DNA from: a virus
Taxonomy: Duplodnaviria > Caudoviricetes
DNA: 27,400 nucleotides
Reading direction: 5' to 3' (one strand)
Virus record (IMG/VR): IMGVR_UViG_3300017766_001535
Location: 1-27,400 of that record
Numbering within the stretch: the first letter of the stretch is position 1; each line of letters starts with the position of its first letter. Below, one piece after another: positions 24,655 to 27,400 of this stretch. The notes under the pieces were generated by a model, which saw only the letters and a list, made by a program, of their open reading frames with translations, was not told where the DNA came from and made no database searches. The translations under genes were made by a program, and so were the position numbers.

Positions 24655-25578
24655 ATGGCCGTAGACAACGATACAAACATTGTTATTGAAACTTCTGGTT
24701 TAACCGCTGCTGTTGCTACTGACGTAGCTCGCTTTGGTGGTATAACTGCCCATTTCCAAATGATGAAGCTTGCATATGGTGCCACTGGAACCGCTACGGT
24801 AGTAACCAGTAGCTCTCCACTGCCTGTATCTGTTGCAGGAGGCATGACTGCCACCATCTCTGGATTTACTGGTACCATCTATGTACAAGGTCCCGCTGGG
24901 GGCCCTGTAGTAGTAAGCGGAACAGTAAATGCTATTGGTCTAAGTGGCTCTCCCGTATTTGTATCTACCCAGTCCGGTACTAGAGTTGAAGTTACAGGTG
25001 GACGCCCACTTGCCAAAGCAACAGACTCAGTATCCGTATGGGGTCCAAGTGGTCTAACTTACGTTTATGCCAATCTTGTAGATTCCAGTGGAGCTGGTAT
25101 TGGAACTTCTGGAGATGCACTTAAAGTAAGTGTAGTCGGGGCAGCAATTAATGCTACAGTTGGAACTACATTATCTGTACAAGGTTTTTCTGGTGGTTAT
25201 GCTTTAAATATTAATGATACCAGTATTTTAACAGGTATGACCGCAATTTACGGTCAAGTAGTTGGTTTGAGAACAGATTTAACTGCTCTTGGGGTTGGGC
25301 GCCCATCTGCATTCAAGACAGGAAGACTATCTGTATCTTCTGCTGCAGTAGGCCAAATGGATTCAGGTGGTTATACAACTACTGCAGAAATCAACATTAA
25401 AGCACTTTCAACCAATACAGACTTTGTTTATATCGGCAATACATCTGGATTAATAGGATCATCTTTTGGATATGCTCTTGATCCCGGTGAAAGTGTATCC
25501 TTGAATGTAATTAACACAAATACTATCTACGCAATTTCAAACACCGGAACACAAGTAATTACATATCTAGCATCATAA
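24655..25578 (+). CDS. Putative virion structural (fiber/decoration-like) protein
   Basis: G/T/S/V-rich beta-type composition; C-terminal IKALSTNTDFVYIG...GYALDPGESVSL small beta-sandwich pattern; late promoter and SD. Confidence 0.55.
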   Translation: MAVDNDTNIVIETSGLTAAVATDVARFGGITAHFQMMKLAYGATGTATVVTSSSPLPVSVAGGMTATISGFTGTIYVQGPAGGPVVVSGTVNAIGLSGSPVFVSTQSGTRVEVTGGRPLAKATDSVSVWGPSGLTYVYANLVDSSGAGIGTSGDALKVSVVGAAINATVGTTLSVQGFSGGYALNINDTSILTGMTAIYGQVVGLRTDLTALGVGRPSAFKTGRLSVSSAAVGQMDSGGYTTTAEINIKALSTNTDFVYIGNTSGLIGSSFGYALDPGESVSLNVINTNTIYAISNTGTQVITYLAS

Positions 25579-25579
25579 T

Positions 25580-26854
25580 ATGTCATTCTTTTTAACAGCA
25601 TCCCAAGTAATTCAAAATTATGGTTTTGAAATTACTGGATCCACATACGATCCAGTGTTTACCAAGGGATATGTTAATTCTTCGCCAAATGTTTCTATAG
25701 CTGGGACAAGTTGCTATATTGATTATTCGGAATGTTACGACAATTCGGATAGAACAACAATAGTAAAATTGTTTAAAAACACTCCATCTGGAACTACCTT
25801 TGCACTCAGTAATGGTAATTATTATAATTCAGATCTGGATATTCTCAGAGATATTTCCGGTGTATTTAGTTTACAAACTTTAACAAATAATGATAAATTG
25901 GTAATTGGTGGGATTGTTTCTGGGTTTACATATGATAATACGTACAAGTATTATAATAAAAACAATTTTATAAAACCTCCACAGTATTCTACTGGTTATG
26001 CAGGAGCAACTAATTCAAACTGGATAAAGAATACATTAAATGATTCCAGATTTAAATCTGTAATGAATAAAGGTATTCTTGGTTCTGTATTTTCAAAACA
26101 AGAATATGTTGAAATAGCTGGATCCACTCTTAATTCTGGAAAACTTCTGGTATCTGGTTCTGTTCAATTAAAAGACAAACAAGAATTAATTTATTGTGGT
26201 GTTACTCTGACAAATGAAAATCTGTCAACACAACAAACAACAATAACTCAATTTTTAAGAGGTAACTCTAATCCAGATATATTGGCCAAAAGCACCAAGA
26301 CAACTGGGTGCTATATTGTCTATGACGGATTAGGAAATCAAGTAAATTGTTTTGAAAAACAAAATGAACTTCAAGCATTTTTAAGAAGTCAGTATGAAGG
26401 TGCTACTTACACTACTAAATGGATTTCATGTGATTCTTGTTCCAGATTATCTGATAATTCTTATAATGCGGCAAGCGCTGATAAAACATTTCCTTTTGAA
26501 GCTTTAATATTTGCTTCAATTATAGAATCAACAGATACAAATGGAAATTTGTCAAGATCATTATATTTAAATTATCCCTCTTCAAATGTTTTGCGTCCTG
26601 TTAGTTCTATAACTATTAATTTAATAAATGGATTTAAAATTGATTTAAGCCATCCATCATTAAAAGGATATGTTGTAAACGTGTATTCTGATATTAATAA
26701 AATTAATATTATTACACAAAATTTATATTCTTTTGGAACTCCAGGATATGATCAGGCCGGATTATTGTTTGTATTAAAACCAAATTCTCCAAAAAATCTT
26801 TATTTTGAATTTGCTGGACCCGTTACATTTGATTTAAATGTTTTAATACCGTAA
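25580..26854 (+). CDS. Hypothetical protein, probably structural
   Basis: 424-aa ORF starting 1 nt after the previous stop; S/T/N/Y-rich. Confidence 0.6.
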   Translation: MSFFLTASQVIQNYGFEITGSTYDPVFTKGYVNSSPNVSIAGTSCYIDYSECYDNSDRTTIVKLFKNTPSGTTFALSNGNYYNSDLDILRDISGVFSLQTLTNNDKLVIGGIVSGFTYDNTYKYYNKNNFIKPPQYSTGYAGATNSNWIKNTLNDSRFKSVMNKGILGSVFSKQEYVEIAGSTLNSGKLLVSGSVQLKDKQELIYCGVTLTNENLSTQQTTITQFLRGNSNPDILAKSTKTTGCYIVYDGLGNQVNCFEKQNELQAFLRSQYEGATYTTKWISCDSCSRLSDNSYNAASADKTFPFEALIFASIIESTDTNGNLSRSLYLNYPSSNVLRPVSSITINLINGFKIDLSHPSLKGYVVNVYSDINKINIITQNLYSFGTPGYDQAGLLFVLKPNSPKNLYFEFAGPVTFDLNVLIP

Positions 26855-26858
26855 AATT

Positions 26859-26886
26859 ATAAAACCCACCGTTAAGTGGGTTTTAT
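26859..26886. terminator. Bidirectional rho-independent terminator
   Basis: ATAAAACCCAC-CGTTAA-GTGGGTTTTAT between convergent genes. Confidence 0.75.
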
Positions 26887-26907
26887 TTGATAAAACTTTT
26901 TTAAATT

Positions 26908-27144
26908 TTATCGAGACCGATTACGGACTACACGGTAGTACGAACGACCATTTTTTGTTTCACGAACTACGGTGTAGTTCATGTCAAAACGATCAAAAGC
27001 CTCACGAAGGTCATGCATCGTTGCGCGCATATTGGTAACGCGGAAACGCTTGCGAGCTTCACCAGCGGTCAAGGTAGCACCGCTACGCATAAAATCAAAC
27101 ACTCTCTGAATCTTGGTCGGACGGTCAACAGTAGTAATTTCCAT
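26908..27144 (-). CDS. Small basic winged-helix/HTH DNA-binding protein
   Basis: TKIQRVFDFMRSG.TLTAGEARKRFRV.NMRATMHDLR...G.SYYR pattern; ATG at 27144 with GAAAGGA SD. Confidence 0.7.
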   Translation of the reverse strand: MEITTVDRPTKIQRVFDFMRSGATLTAGEARKRFRVTNMRATMHDLREAFDRFDMNYTVVRETKNGRSYYRVVRNRSR

Positions 27145-27174
27145 AAACTTTCCTTTCTTATAAGAAGTTACGTT

Positions 27175-27202
27175 AATATACATCATATATCGTGTTGGTC
27201 AA
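27175..27202 (-). promoter_or_regulatory. Sigma70-like promoter for the HTH gene
   Basis: TTGACC-16 nt-TATATT. Confidence 0.65.
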
Positions 27203-27209
27203 GCAATTC

Positions 27210-27217
27210 CCTAAATA
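27210..27217 (+). promoter_or_regulatory. Late promoter CCTAAATA
   Basis: TAAATA core upstream of an AAGGAGG SD and the ATG at 27239. Confidence 0.55.
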
Positions 27218-27238
27218 ATTCTGACTGAAGGAGGCGCT

Positions 27239-27400
27239 ATGGCTCAGAGCAATCGTCAGTTCGTAAAATTTGTGAGGCAACATCTCGCAGAATACGGTAT
27301 GAAACTTATTATTGGCCGTGGAAAGCATGTAAATGTAGATGGTTTCCGTTGTTCTGGCTATTTTGATGAATCTGGAAAGGCTATTGCCGTGGCAGGCAAA
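27239..27400 (+). CDS. Partial hypothetical protein, runs off the window (absent from the ORF track)
   Basis: AAGGAGG SD, then MAQSNRQFVKFVRQHLAEYGMKLIIGRGKHVNVDGFRCSGYFDESGKAIAVAGK with no stop. Confidence 0.75.
   Translation, partial: MAQSNRQFVKFVRQHLAEYGMKLIIGRGKHVNVDGFRCSGYFDESGKAIAVAGK

Noticed and set aside
3374-27228. Other small antisense or nested ORFs in the track (e.g. 3374, 4438, 5795, 15410, 22056, 23807, 24639, 27013)
   Set aside because: They overlap well-supported genes and have the composition expected of reverse-frame translations
1-27400. Stop-codon reassignment as the cause of the short or split genes
   Set aside because: Core genes are full length in the standard code, coding density is high, and the hub halves are in different frames
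1-27400. CRISPR array, tRNA or other RNA genes
   Set aside because: Intergenic gaps are under about 100 nt and are explained by promoters and terminators; no spaced repeats or cloverleafs seen

Overview
The window is the core virion-morphogenesis region of an AT-rich T4-like (Tevenvirinae/cyanomyovirus-type) bacteriophage. A long minus-strand late cluster reads gp48-gp53-[gp27-like hub split in two]-gp25-gp6-gp7-Cys-rich ORF-gp13-14-15-16-17-18-19a-19b-20-(two gp67/68-like core genes)-21-ORF-22-23-gp3. A divergent plus-strand cluster reads gp4-gp54-gp26-gp51-short ORF, and is followed by gp32, gp33, two putative structural genes and a small HTH gene. Head and packaging genes look canonical, but the tail and baseplate module looks shrunken and remodelled. 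The sheath is short and degenerate, the tube gene is duplicated, and gp6/gp7 are minimal. The hub is split, gp5/PAAR/gp8 are absent from their usual positions, and only a 160-aa ORF sits in the usual tape-measure slot. A start-less gp51 ORF, missed by the ORF track, appears to be reached from gp26 by a -1 ribosomal frameshift. Many promoters lie only 5-9 nt from the ATG, implying leaderless mRNAs. All gene calls come from motif recognition and gene order, not database searches.
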